Part shown: positions 16,500-25,851 of the stretch, piece by piece
Position numbering within the stretch: position 1 is the stretch's first letter
How the letters are laid out: each line of letters begins with the position of its first letter
Origin: a virus
Taxonomy: Duplodnaviria > Caudoviricetes
IMG/VR virus record: IMGVR_UViG_3300048858_000122
Span: 1 to 46,615 of that record
Length of the DNA stretch: 46,615 nt
Reading direction: 5' to 3' (one strand)
Translations under genes and position numbers: made by a program
The notes under the pieces: generated by a model
The model's database searches: none
Told to the model about the DNA's origin: nothing
What the model saw: only the letters and a program-made list of their open reading frames with translations

Positions 16500-17788
16500 C
16501 GATGACCGTTGCGTTCTCCGATGCTGAGCTGCGGCGCCGTGCCGAAGACCCTGCTGCAGTGCTGATGCGTGACCCACGCCACCCCGGGCTGTATTTCCGC
16601 TTCACCGAGGCCCGCCCGCGCGGGACGTGGAGTCTGGTGGTGCGCAAGAAGTGGCTGCGGATCGGGTCATACCCTGAGTTATCGGCCAAAGCGGTGTTGG
16701 CCGCTCTGCCTGAAACCCGTCAGCGGCTGTCCGCCGATGCAAAGTCCACCGCCGCTATTTCACCGTGGGACACCCTTGGCGAGTTGCTGGTCTGGTACAG
16801 CGAAAGGATGAGTCGCGATCGCCACCTGTCAGCCAAGCGGAAGGCCACGGCCAAGTCAGCCATCGCCTGCCACTTGGTACCGCGCGTTGGTGAACTGGCG
16901 CTGGGCGAAATTGATCGCGCGACGCTCGACACAAAGCTGATGTGGCCGCTGCAGGAAACGCTGTCGCTGGAGTTCGTGCGGCTGATCTTCGCGCTCCTGG
17001 TGCTGGCCTGCCGCCAAGCGCACACGCTGGGCTCGATCCCGGCCAACCCAATGGCGGGTATCAAGTTCAGCGACTTCTCGAAGACCAAGATAAAAGCCAA
17101 GTCCGCGCGCCTGCGTGGCGTCCAGGTGGAAGGGCTGCTGGGTCAACTGGCCGAGGTGTTCGAGCGGCGCCCGGCCCATGGCATGTTGGCCTTGATGATG
17201 CTCTGTCATGGCACGCGTGTAGGCGAGACCCGCATGGCGCTCTGGTCGCACATCAGCCTGGCTGACCGCACGTGGCATCTGCCGGCCGCGCACACCAAGA
17301 CCCGCGTCGAGCATTCACTGCCACTCACCGAACAGGTTTGCGCGCTGCTGACTCAGTACCGCGCCCGTCAGGCTGCCACCGGTTACACCGGGCAGTACCT
17401 GTTCCCGGCGCGGCACGGCAAGGGCATGAGCGAAGGGCAGGCCAGCATGGTGTTCACGCAGCTCGGGCAGGGCGAGTGGACCAGTCACGACCTGCGCAAG
17501 TTGGCGCGCACCGGCTGGGCAGATCTCGGTATCGACTTCCTGATTGGCGAGATGCTGATCAACCACGCCATGGGCCACAACGTGCAGGCCTACATCCACA
17601 CCACTGTCGAGACCCGCAAGCGCGAAGCGCTGGAGAAGTGGCACGCCCATTTAGACGCCAAGGGATTTAGTGCCATTCACGGGTTGGAGGGAGTCGAAAA
17701 CAAAGAGTCCAGCATTCAGCTACAGGCCGCGACGCATATGCCCTGCAACCCTATTCAAGAATCAACCATAGGCGAGGTTTCAAAATGA
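16496..17788 (+). CDS. Second tyrosine recombinase (P4-like arm-binding N-terminus)
   Basis: PGLYFRF..IGSYPELS N-domain; HGTRVGE, HTKT, SHDLRK, INH, QAY catalytic residues all present. Confidence 0.88.
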   Translation: MTMTVAFSDAELRRRAEDPAAVLMRDPRHPGLYFRFTEARPRGTWSLVVRKKWLRIGSYPELSAKAVLAALPETRQRLSADAKSTAAISPWDTLGELLVWYSERMSRDRHLSAKRKATAKSAIACHLVPRVGELALGEIDRATLDTKLMWPLQETLSLEFVRLIFALLVLACRQAHTLGSIPANPMAGIKFSDFSKTKIKAKSARLRGVQVEGLLGQLAEVFERRPAHGMLALMMLCHGTRVGETRMALWSHISLADRTWHLPAAHTKTRVEHSLPLTEQVCALLTQYRARQAATGYTGQYLFPARHGKGMSEGQASMVFTQLGQGEWTSHDLRKLARTGWADLGIDFLIGEMLINHAMGHNVQAYIHTTVETRKREALEKWHAHLDAKGFSAIHGLEGVENKESSIQLQAATHMPCNPIQESTIGEVSK

Positions 17789-18273
17789 CAAATATCGTGA
17801 CTGCCGACGACCTCGCCGAGCTGAAACGACTGGCAGAGCTTGTCCCGTCGGCCGATGAGAACCGGTGTGTTCATGACCCGGAAGGGCGCTACTTGCACTT
17901 CAAGGATGAAGTCATTCGGCTGTTTAGTGACGACGTTGGGATGGCAAAAGCTTTTGCTGCTGAAGTCGAGAGGCTGGAGTCGTTCAAGACCGCTTACACC
18001 GAATGGTCAGAAAAAACCGACTGGGCGCGCAGCGGCTCCACGGCCTCTGAGTGGGGCAAGCATCTGGCCGATGTGATCAAGGAACGCTTCGATGCCCTCA
18101 AGGCCGAGAACACAGCGCTTCGAGCCACCAACAACACCGTCGAATGCCGATTTGAGGTCAGTGAGGACACCCTCAAAGTAATCCGGGGCTGCCTGCGCTC
18201 GGCCGAGGGCGACATAGATCGCCTTCGCGAAGAGAACGAAGCGCTCCGGGTGCAATTGCTGGAGGCCAAATGA
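17785..18273 (+). CDS. Hypothetical coiled-coil phage protein (Ead/Ea22-like position)
   Basis: LAELKRLAE N-terminus, EWSEKTDW, coiled-coil C-terminus. Confidence 0.7.
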   Translation: MTNIVTADDLAELKRLAELVPSADENRCVHDPEGRYLHFKDEVIRLFSDDVGMAKAFAAEVERLESFKTAYTEWSEKTDWARSGSTASEWGKHLADVIKERFDALKAENTALRATNNTVECRFEVSEDTLKVIRGCLRSAEGDIDRLREENEALRVQLLEAK

Positions 18274-18584
18274 AGAAGTCGCACGGGCCAGCCTTTCGCA
18301 AGGAGTTGAAGCCGCTTATGGAATGCGGATGGTGTCGCGGCACAGGTGTCGTTGCGGGCGTGTTTCACCAGCTCGACTGCGCCACGTGCCGCGGATCGGG
18401 CTGGGTGTGCCAGGTGACCGGCGAAGCGCTGCCGCTGGAAGACCTGGTGCCGCAACTGAACATGAAGCTGCGCAACGTCACCGCCGAGCTGAACCGGGCG
18501 CGACACAGCCAAGGCGGCGCGCATGAACAATACGAACAGAACAACCGCCGCGGTGCCGGTGGCTCGAACTACACAGGGGATTGA
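18270..18584 (+). CDS. Zinc-finger protein (CxxCxGxG twice)
   Basis: CGWCRGTG and CATCRGSG. Confidence 0.78.
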   Translation: MKKSHGPAFRKELKPLMECGWCRGTGVVAGVFHQLDCATCRGSGWVCQVTGEALPLEDLVPQLNMKLRNVTAELNRARHSQGGAHEQYEQNNRRGAGGSNYTGD

Positions 18585-18587
18585 TCG

Positions 18588-19151
18588 ATGGGGATGTACA
18601 AAGATGTGATGAGTACCCTGGTGCGCGTGCTGGCCGCCGACAACATCGACAACAGCACGAAGCAGTCGTGGCAGAAGCTGATCGACGCCGACCTGCGGCA
18701 GGGCGGCACCGGCAGCACGCTGTCAGTGCGCGACAAGTTCGATTACGACTGCTGCCTCTATGCGCTGCTGCACCGTCAGTTGGAGACTGCGCACTGGGAC
18801 GTGCTGGTCGCGAAGTACTCGACGCATAAGGCGAACAAGGTGGCCGCCATCGGGCGCTTGGTGTGCCGCACCACTTCACCCGCTCCGCAGCTGTTCGTTT
18901 ATAAGGCGCTCACGGCCTGGGCTATCCCCAAGCTCAAGGGCATCCAGAGCGGCAAGCGCTCCACCGACATGATCGTGCTGCCCGCTGAGTTCTATGACAT
19001 GAACACCTGGGATGTGGACGCCTCCCCAGAGCGTACCCGCCGCAACTGGAGAGCTCGCATTCAGAAGCGGCTCGAGCAGCTGGAAGAAGCGGCGGTTATT
19101 CACGCGACCCACATCTTCGATGCCGAACAAATCTTCGTAGATGCCGCTTGA
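18588..19151 (+). CDS. Late antiterminator (Q-like)
   Basis: Position just before a promoter-terminator pair and the late genes; C-terminal WD....ERTRRNW helix motif. Confidence 0.62.
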   Translation: MGMYKDVMSTLVRVLAADNIDNSTKQSWQKLIDADLRQGGTGSTLSVRDKFDYDCCLYALLHRQLETAHWDVLVAKYSTHKANKVAAIGRLVCRTTSPAPQLFVYKALTAWAIPKLKGIQSGKRSTDMIVLPAEFYDMNTWDVDASPERTRRNWRARIQKRLEQLEEAAVIHATHIFDAEQIFVDAA

Positions 19152-19177
19152 CCATGATGGCCGTTTGGCCGTAAATT
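19148..19177 (+). promoter_or_regulatory. Late promoter pR'
   Basis: TTGACC-18 nt-TAAATT directly after the Q-like gene. Confidence 0.6.
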
Positions 19178-19232
19178 AACCCCATCATGTCGATCTTGCG
19201 TGCGGTGATACGCGGCGACAATCAAACATCAG

Positions 19233-19259
19233 AAACCCGGCCCTCGCGCCGGGTTTTTT
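19233..19259 (+). terminator. tR' terminator
   Basis: AAACCCGGC-CCTCGC-GCCGGGTTTTTT. Confidence 0.8.
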
Positions 19260-19330
19260 CGTTTTCGGCCCCGCCACACCCATCGCTCCGAGCTGGGAGT
19301 GCTGCGGGGCTGATTCATTCTGGAGTAGCA

Positions 19331-19699
19331 ATGGACCCAACCGACCTCGGCCCAGGCACAGCTACCTGGCTGGGCGGCACTGGGACAGTGCTGCTGGCAG
19401 GCTTCCTGTGGCTGAGGAAGTTCCTGTCTCGCGATGCCGCAGATCGGGCCATGGACAACGCCGATATCGGCACCGTCCGGAGACTCAACGAACTGCTCGA
19501 CTCTGAGCGTGCTGCTCGGAAGGAGTCCGACGCGCGTGCCGATCAGTTCGCCAAAGAACGTAACGAACTTGCAGCCGCAGTAGGCCGTATGGAGGGCAAA
19601 ATCGAGGCCCTCACAAGCCAGGTCGCACAACTCACAGATAAGGTGGCCAGCCAGAGCTCAGAAATCGCCCGGCTGTCCCAGCTTGGAGGAGCAGCCTGA
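19331..19699 (+). CDS. Membrane-anchored coiled-coil protein, holin-position gene
   Basis: GGAG RBS; one N-terminal TM (WLGGTGTVLLAGFLWL) plus coiled coil; first late gene. Confidence 0.6.
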   Translation: MDPTDLGPGTATWLGGTGTVLLAGFLWLRKFLSRDAADRAMDNADIGTVRRLNELLDSERAARKESDARADQFAKERNELAAAVGRMEGKIEALTSQVAQLTDKVASQSSEIARLSQLGGAA

Positions 19700-20037
19700 T
19701 GGACAGATGCGCAATGGAATTCATCGCACGCCGCTGGTGGCGTCGAGTGGAGGTATGGGTCATAGCTTTGTTGATGGTCGCCGGATCGTTTTCACTGGGA
19801 TTCGGTGCATCGCAATGGTCGCTCGCCAGCTGGTATAGCAACCAGGTGGCACAGGTCCGAGCGGGCTACGACGAGGCTCTGAAGCAGCGCGATCTGCGCT
19901 TGAACACCCTGGCAGACAAAGCAGGTAAGGCCGCGGAGAAGGTGGAAGCCGCGGCGAGTACGGCAACCGAAGCCGCCGGCGTTGCCAGTAAGGCCGCCGA
20001 CAAGGTCAACGAGGCCGTCGACAGAGTTTCGCCGTAA
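19699..20037 (+). CDS. Membrane protein of the lysis cassette
   Basis: RRWWRR followed by a TM segment and an Ala-rich tail. Confidence 0.6.
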   Translation: MDRCAMEFIARRWWRRVEVWVIALLMVAGSFSLGFGASQWSLASWYSNQVAQVRAGYDEALKQRDLRLNTLADKAGKAAEKVEAAASTATEAAGVASKAADKVNEAVDRVSP

Positions 20038-20534
20038 TGGGCGCGCTAAAGCTGGTGCCTGCCTGGGCCTGGGTACTGCTGATCCTGCTGGCAGCGACCG
20101 GTTATCTGTGCCTCAGGCTGGATCACACGACCACAGCCCTGACTGCCGTGACAGGCGAGCTTGACGTCGCCACGGCGCGCGCTGCATCGATCAGCAAAAC
20201 GTTGAGCCTGCAACGCCAGCTCACTGAAGACTCGAACAAGGCGACAGACCATGCCACCGAACAAGCTGAACATGTCACGGCTGCTGTTGCTGTTGCTGAT
20301 GGCCGCGCTCGCAGCCTGCAGCAACAAGTCACCGATCTGCTTGCCAACCGAAAGCGTTGTCCTGTCGCCCCTGCCAGCACAGGCAAGACAAGAGACGACC
20401 TCGCCGCTGTGCTCGCCGAACTGCGTCGAAGCGCTGACGAAGAAGCGGGAAGCCTGGCAGCAGCGCTTGACCGAAGCCGAATAGCCGGCCAGTTATGCGA
20501 GTCGATGTACTCGGCAGCGATGAATGCCAGATGA
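20037..20534 (+). CDS. Rz: i-spanin (Rz-like, DUF2514-like)
   Basis: N-terminal TM, coiled coil, C-terminal ADEEAGSLAAALDRSRIAGQLCE..Y. Confidence 0.8.
   Translation: MGALKLVPAWAWVLLILLAATGYLCLRLDHTTTALTAVTGELDVATARAASISKTLSLQRQLTEDSNKATDHATEQAEHVTAAVAVADGRARSLQQQVTDLLANRKRCPVAPASTGKTRDDLAAVLAELRRSADEEAGSLAAALDRSRIAGQLCESMYSAAMNAR
20272..20484 (+). CDS. Rz1: o-spanin lipoprotein embedded in Rz (+1 frame)
   Basis: MSRLLLLLLMAALAAC lipobox; Pro/Cys-rich mature region; fully nested in Rz. Confidence 0.78.
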   Translation: MSRLLLLLLMAALAACSNKSPICLPTESVVLSPLPAQARQETTSPLCSPNCVEALTKKREAWQQRLTEAE

Positions 20535-20659
20535 GAAAGTCCTGGTACGTCACAGTGCCGGGCTACCCACCATTCCCCATGATCATGCAGGAAGACCACG
20601 ACCACGCTGGTGCCTTGGCATTCGCGCGATGCAAGTGGCCGGCCTGCACTGTTGAGTAG
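20531..20659 (+). CDS. Small hypothetical protein (42 aa)
   Basis: ATGA overlap; MRKSWYVTVPGYPPFPMI...ARCKWPACTVE. Confidence 0.55.
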   Translation: MRKSWYVTVPGYPPFPMIMQEDHDHAGALAFARCKWPACTVE

Positions 20660-20665
20660 CTACCG

Positions 20666-20884
20666 ATGAAACGCTCTGATCAGTCCCGACTCAGCTATCT
20701 GCTTTCGTCACGTCCGTTGATCATCAAGAAGAACGGCGTGCATGTCTGCGTGCATGACGCGTTTAGTGGTGAGGTGCTCGGCGGGCAACTTCGAGTTGAG
20801 CTGATCCAGGAGCCGGAATCGTTTGCTGTGCTACGAGTGGAGTTCGCGGTAGATGGGCAGATGGTTCGGCTGGAAGGTGAGTGA
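20666..20884 (+). CDS. Hypothetical protein
   Basis: 72-aa ORF coupled to the HNH gene. Confidence 0.6.
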   Translation: MKRSDQSRLSYLLSSRPLIIKKNGVHVCVHDAFSGEVLGGQLRVELIQEPESFAVLRVEFAVDGQMVRLEGE

Positions 20885-21216
20885 TGTCACGACTCAAATC
20901 ATTGGGGAACCGGGTGAGCACGCAGGGCAACAAGCTGCCGATCATGCAGCCTGGGTCGTGGCGCACCGACAAGGCCACATCCGGCCAGCGCGGCTACACC
21001 TACGCATGGCAGAAGGCGAGCAAGGCCTTCATCCTCGATAACCCGCTGTGTGTGATGTGTGATGCAGCGGGGCGAGTGACAGCGACAGCGCTGGTTGACC
21101 ACATCGAGCCGCACCGTGGCGACATGAAGCTGTTCTGGGATCGATCCAACTGGCAGCCGCTGTGCACCACCTGTCACTCATCCGTGAAGCAGCGCGAGGA
21201 GGCCGGCAGCCTGTAG
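20884..21216 (+). CDS. HNH endonuclease, terminase cofactor (HK97 gp74-like)
   Basis: RGY...W, PLCVMC, VDHIEPH.GD..LFWD.SNWQPLC..CH; upstream of terS. Confidence 0.9.
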   Translation: MSRLKSLGNRVSTQGNKLPIMQPGSWRTDKATSGQRGYTYAWQKASKAFILDNPLCVMCDAAGRVTATALVDHIEPHRGDMKLFWDRSNWQPLCTTCHSSVKQREEAGSL

Positions 21217-21345
21217 CACGCCAACTCCCCGAGCTGGTCGATTCTGGCACGCCACTTACGTGCAACAAGGGCAGGGGGTGCCTCGAAAGTTCGCAGCCTT
21301 GCCGCTCTAGACCACCCGGTCCCGCATTCAGAGTTTTTTTCCTGT
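21217..21345. other. Probable cos / packaging region
   Basis: Intergenic between HNH and terS; GCACGCCA direct repeats and a G-run; exact cut site not determinable. Confidence 0.45.
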
Positions 21346-21362
21346 TTTGAGGTTTTTTGTTA

Positions 21363-21848
21363 ATGGCTTTAACACCCAAAAAGCGCGCATTCGCCGACGC
21401 TTTGAGGGGAGGTGCGTCCAACAAAGAAGCAGCGATAGCCGCAGGCTATAGCGCTTCCAGCGCATCAGCCGCCGGATCACGGCTAGCAAAGGACCCTCAC
21501 GTTTTGGCCGAGCTGGCAAGCGGGACCGTTAACAAAAATGTTAAAGCCCAGCCGAAGGCCAAGGCGCCCAAATCGGTCGAGCCTGAGGCGGACGATGAGG
21601 ACTCAGGCCCGACATTCGACCTGGCCCGCGCCCTGACCTTTACCGACCCCAAGGCCTTCCTGATTGCCGCGATGAACGACCCGGAAGCGGAGGCAAAGCT
21701 CAGGGTCGACGCTGCAAAGGCGCTCATGCCGTTCATGCACCAGCGCAAAGGCGAGTCGGGCAAGAAGGAAGACAGGCAGAACGCAGCTGAAGAGGCGGCG
21801 GCCGGCATGTACGGGACGAGCAAGCCGCCACTCAGATCGGTGAAGTAG
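21363..21848 (+). CDS. terS: Terminase small subunit
   Basis: LTPKKRAFAD..G.SNKEAAIAAGYS HTH; DPKAFL..MND..RVDAAKALMPF. Confidence 0.9.
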   Translation: MALTPKKRAFADALRGGASNKEAAIAAGYSASSASAAGSRLAKDPHVLAELASGTVNKNVKAQPKAKAPKSVEPEADDEDSGPTFDLARALTFTDPKAFLIAAMNDPEAEAKLRVDAAKALMPFMHQRKGESGKKEDRQNAAEEAAAGMYGTSKPPLRSVK

Positions 21849-23531
21849 GTGGAATGGTCTACCGCATGTCCAGACTGGGAGCGCCGGATTCTCTCTCGCC
21901 AGTCGCTGATCCCGTTTCCGCCGCTGTTCCGTTCTGAGGCTGATGCAGCGCTTGAGCTGTTCAAGTCGCTCAAGGTTGTCGATGTGTCAGGCCAGCCGAC
22001 CTTCGGCGAGTGCTGCGAGCAGTGGGTATTTGATTTCGTGGCGGCGATCTTCGGCGCTTACGACGCCGAGACCGGCAACCAGAAGATCCGCGAGTACTTC
22101 CTGCTGATCAGCAAGAAGAACGCCAAATCAACGATAGCCGCCGGGATCATGGTCACCGCCCTGGTGCGCAACTGGCGCGACAACGAAGAGCTGTTGATTC
22201 TGGCGCCGACCATTGAGGTCGCGCAGAACAGTTACAAGCCTGCCGCGGCGATGGTTCGGGCCAATCCCCGACTGGAAAAGATGCTCCACGTCCAGGATCA
22301 CATTCGGACCATCACGCACCTGACCACCAAAGCTGCGTTAAAGGTGGTCGCCGCCGACTCGGACACGGTGTCCGGTAAGAAGTCCGGCAAGATTCTTGTC
22401 GACGAGCTCTGGGTGTTCGGCAAGCGCCCGAACGCGGACGCGATGCTGATGGAAGCCACCGGCGGCCAGATCTCGCGGGACGAGGGTTTCGTGATTTTCC
22501 TTTCGACCCAGAGCGACGAGCCGCCGGCGGGGGTGTTCAAGGAAAAGCTCGATTACTACCGCGACGTTCGGGACGGCAAGATCCAGGACAAGAAGTCGCT
22601 GGGCGTGCTGTACGAATTTCCGAAGGCGATGGTGGAGTCTGAGGAATACCTCAAGCCCGAAAATTTCTATATCACCAACCCGAACATGGGGCGGTCGGTC
22701 AGCCGGGAATGGCTGGAAGACCAGATGGTCAAGGAGGCGAAGAAAGAGCCAGGTGCGCAGCGCAAGTTTCTCGCCAAGCACCTGAACGTCGAAATCGGTA
22801 TGAACCTGCGTGCCAACCGGTGGGCGGGTGCCGAGTTCTGGCAGGCCCAGGCCAAGGCAAAGAACCTAACGCTCGCCCAGCTCATCGCCCGCTGCGAAGT
22901 GATCGACGTCGGGATCGACGGCGGCGGTCTTGACGACCTTCTGGGGTTCGCAGTGCTGGGCCGCGAGACTGAATCGCGCAATTGGCTTCTGTGGACTCAT
23001 GCCTGGGCCCATCCCTCGGTGCTGGAGCGCCGTAAGAGCGAGGCCCCGCGGCTCCATGACTTTGCCAAAGACGGCAACCTGACGCTGGTGGAGTACATCG
23101 GCAAGGACGTTGCCGAGGTGGCCGAGCTGGTGGCCGAAATCTACGCGTCCGGGAAGCTCGACATGATCGGTGTCGACCCTGCCGGTGTCGGCGGCATCCT
23201 GGACGGCCTGATCGAGGCCGAGATTCCGCAGGACAAGGTGATAGGCATTTCGCAGGGCTGGAAGCTGGGCGGTTCAATCAAGACTGCCGAACGCAAGTTG
23301 GCGGAGGGCGGAATGGTTCACGGCGGTCAGCCGATGATGTCCTGGTGCTGCGGTAACGCGAAGGTGGTTCCGGCCGGCAACTCGATTCTGATCACAAAAC
23401 AAGCGTCGGGGACGGCGAAGATTGACCCGTTGATGGCGTTCTTCAACGCCGTGGCCCTGTTGTCGCTCAACCCCGTCGCGCGGGGCAATGTCGACGATTT
23501 CTTTGATGACCCAATAATGGCAGGGCTCTAA
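21849..23531 (+). CDS. terL: Terminase large subunit
   Basis: Walker A variant LISKKNAKST, Walker B ILVDELW, STQ, nuclease motifs GIDGGGLDD and KIDP. Confidence 0.95.
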   Translation: MEWSTACPDWERRILSRQSLIPFPPLFRSEADAALELFKSLKVVDVSGQPTFGECCEQWVFDFVAAIFGAYDAETGNQKIREYFLLISKKNAKSTIAAGIMVTALVRNWRDNEELLILAPTIEVAQNSYKPAAAMVRANPRLEKMLHVQDHIRTITHLTTKAALKVVAADSDTVSGKKSGKILVDELWVFGKRPNADAMLMEATGGQISRDEGFVIFLSTQSDEPPAGVFKEKLDYYRDVRDGKIQDKKSLGVLYEFPKAMVESEEYLKPENFYITNPNMGRSVSREWLEDQMVKEAKKEPGAQRKFLAKHLNVEIGMNLRANRWAGAEFWQAQAKAKNLTLAQLIARCEVIDVGIDGGGLDDLLGFAVLGRETESRNWLLWTHAWAHPSVLERRKSEAPRLHDFAKDGNLTLVEYIGKDVAEVAELVAEIYASGKLDMIGVDPAGVGGILDGLIEAEIPQDKVIGISQGWKLGGSIKTAERKLAEGGMVHGGQPMMSWCCGNAKVVPAGNSILITKQASGTAKIDPLMAFFNAVALLSLNPVARGNVDDFFDDPIMAGL

Positions 23532-24961
23532 TGGCGAGCAAAAACAAACCGGGGCTCATTCGCTCCGCGCTACAGAGCTGGCTGGGTGTTCCTGTTGGGC
23601 TCACCAGTGAGGCTTTTTGGCAGGAGTGGTTCGGCACTTCCAATAGCGGCAAACACGTCACCGTCGACGGTGCGGTGCGGCTGTCCACCGTCTGGGCGTG
23701 CGTTCGTTTGCTATCGGAGTCCGTTTCGACTCTGCCCCTAAAGCTCTACCGCCGGATGCCGGACGGATCGCGTGAATCCGCCCGGGATCATCCCCTCTTC
23801 AGGGTGCTGTGCCGCTCCCCGAATACAGAGATGACCCCGCAGCGTTTCATGCTGCAGATCGTCGCCAGCATCTGCTTACGCGGCAACGCTTTCGTCGAGA
23901 AGAAGTTCATCGGCACCAGGATCGTCGCCCTCGACCCGCTGTTGCCGCAGTGCATGACGGTCAAGCGCCTGGACAATGGCCGCTTAAAGTACACCTACAA
24001 CGAAAACGGCACCGAACGGGACATCCCGGAAAAGAACCTGATGCACATCCGCGGCTTTGGCCTCGACGGTGTCTGCGGGATGCTTCCGGTGACCACGGGC
24101 CGCGACGTCATCGGCACTGCGCTGTCATCGGAAGAAGCCGCCGCGAAGGTGTTTGCCAACGGCCTGCAAGCGTCCGGCTTCCTGACAGTGGAAGGTGGCG
24201 CTGCGCAGGGCTCCGGCACGCTGACACCGAAGCAGCGGGAGCAGTTGAAGAAAAGCCTGGCAGCGTTCAGCAGCTCGAAAAACGCCGGCAAGACGATGGT
24301 GCTGGAGGCTGGCCTCAAGTACCAAAGCGTCACAATGAACCCGGAAGCGGCGCAGATGCTGGAAACCCGGGCATTCAACGTCGAAGAGATTTGCCGCTGG
24401 TTCCGTGTGCCGCCGTTCATGGTCGGGCACATGGACAAGCAGTCGAGCTGGGCGGCCAGTGTTGAAGCGCAGAACCTGCACTTCCTCACCAACAGCCTGC
24501 GGCCGCTGCTGGTCAACATCGAGCAGGAAATCACCCGCTGCCTGATCGGCGAGGCGGATGCCGAAGAGTTCTTCGCCGAGTTCGCAGTTGAAGGCTTGCT
24601 GCGTGCCGACAGTGCTGGCCGTGGCGCCTGGTACAACACCGCGCTTATGAATGGCTGGATGTCCCGCAACGAGGTCCGGCGTTTGGAAAACCTGCCGCCT
24701 ATTCCTGGTGGCGACATCTACACCGTTCAATCGGCCATGGTCGCGCTGGAGAGCCTGGAGCAGGGCGAGGATATCTCGGCCAAGTTCAACCGCTTCATGT
24801 CCAAGGCGCTCCACGCGCACAAGGATGGCAACCGCGAGGCAACTCGCGAACTGCTTCAGGACATCTGCTCCGCGCTTGATGGCGGGGATCCAGACGCCCC
24901 GACCATGGCTCACGCCCTTATCTCGATTTCACGCCTCAGCATCACCGAACCAGCGGAGTAA
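23531..24961 (+). CDS. Portal protein (HK97 family)
   Basis: TVWACVRLLSE, LRGNA, HIRG, Q.LE.R.F..EEICR.F.VPP, NEVR.LENLPP. Confidence 0.95.
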   Translation: MASKNKPGLIRSALQSWLGVPVGLTSEAFWQEWFGTSNSGKHVTVDGAVRLSTVWACVRLLSESVSTLPLKLYRRMPDGSRESARDHPLFRVLCRSPNTEMTPQRFMLQIVASICLRGNAFVEKKFIGTRIVALDPLLPQCMTVKRLDNGRLKYTYNENGTERDIPEKNLMHIRGFGLDGVCGMLPVTTGRDVIGTALSSEEAAAKVFANGLQASGFLTVEGGAAQGSGTLTPKQREQLKKSLAAFSSSKNAGKTMVLEAGLKYQSVTMNPEAAQMLETRAFNVEEICRWFRVPPFMVGHMDKQSSWAASVEAQNLHFLTNSLRPLLVNIEQEITRCLIGEADAEEFFAEFAVEGLLRADSAGRGAWYNTALMNGWMSRNEVRRLENLPPIPGGDIYTVQSAMVALESLEQGEDISAKFNRFMSKALHAHKDGNREATRELLQDICSALDGGDPDAPTMAHALISISRLSITEPAE

Positions 24962-24963
24962 CC

Positions 24964-25848
24964 ATGACGATCAGAACCCTGCCTGCAGCGCCGGCGGAGC
25001 GCCCGCGCGCGAGTGCTTCCTCGGATCTGCTGCCGATGGCGCTCGAGCGCTGGAACCCGGACATCCGCGCGGCGGCTGACGACGAGAACACCATCTCGAT
25101 GTTCGACCCGATCGGTTACGACTACTGGACGGGCGACGGCGTTACCGCGAAGCGGGTCAGCGCGGTGCTGCGCAACCTGGCCGGCGCGGACGTCACGGTG
25201 AACATCAACTCGCCGGGCGGCGACATGTTTGAAGGCCTGGCGATCTACAACATCCTGCGCGAATACAAAGGCAAGGTGACCGTGAAGATTCTCGGCATCG
25301 CTGCGTCGGCCGCATCGGTCATCGCCATGGCCGGCGACGAGATCCGCATGGGCCTCGGCGCTTTCCTGATGATCCACAACTGCTGGGTCGGCGTGGCCGG
25401 CAACCGCATCGGCTTGCGGGAAATGGCCGACACGCTGGAGCCGTTCGATAAAGCCATGGCGAACATCTACGCAGCGCGCACCGGTGACGACGTAGCCGCG
25501 ATGCAGACGCTGATGGATGCCGAGAGTTGGATCGGTGGCGGTGACGCTGTGGATCAGGGCTTTGCCGACTCGCTGCTCGACAGTGCCGAGCTGAAGGAAG
25601 GTACCAAGGCATCCACCCCGCAGCAGATCGCTGCGCGCCGCCTCGATGTGATCCTCGCGAAGCAGGGAATGCCCCGCTCAGAGCGGCGCGCAATGATTCA
25701 GGAACTCAAAACCGGCACGCCCAGCGCTGCCGGCTCTGGTACGCCGAGCGCTACCGAACCCCCGGCCATTTCGGCCTCTGTAATCGCTGATTTCGAAAAG
25801 GCCTTGGCCTCTTTCAAGTCGGCAGCCTCTACCGTACCCGGAGTTTGA
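24964..25848 (+). CDS. ClpP-type head maturation protease
   Basis: INSPGGD.FEGLAIYN, GIAASAAS, LMIHN, ESW....AV..GFAD. Confidence 0.93.
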   Translation: MTIRTLPAAPAERPRASASSDLLPMALERWNPDIRAAADDENTISMFDPIGYDYWTGDGVTAKRVSAVLRNLAGADVTVNINSPGGDMFEGLAIYNILREYKGKVTVKILGIAASAASVIAMAGDEIRMGLGAFLMIHNCWVGVAGNRIGLREMADTLEPFDKAMANIYAARTGDDVAAMQTLMDAESWIGGGDAVDQGFADSLLDSAELKEGTKASTPQQIAARRLDVILAKQGMPRSERRAMIQELKTGTPSAAGSGTPSATEPPAISASVIADFEKALASFKSAASTVPGV

Positions 25849-25851
25849 CCC

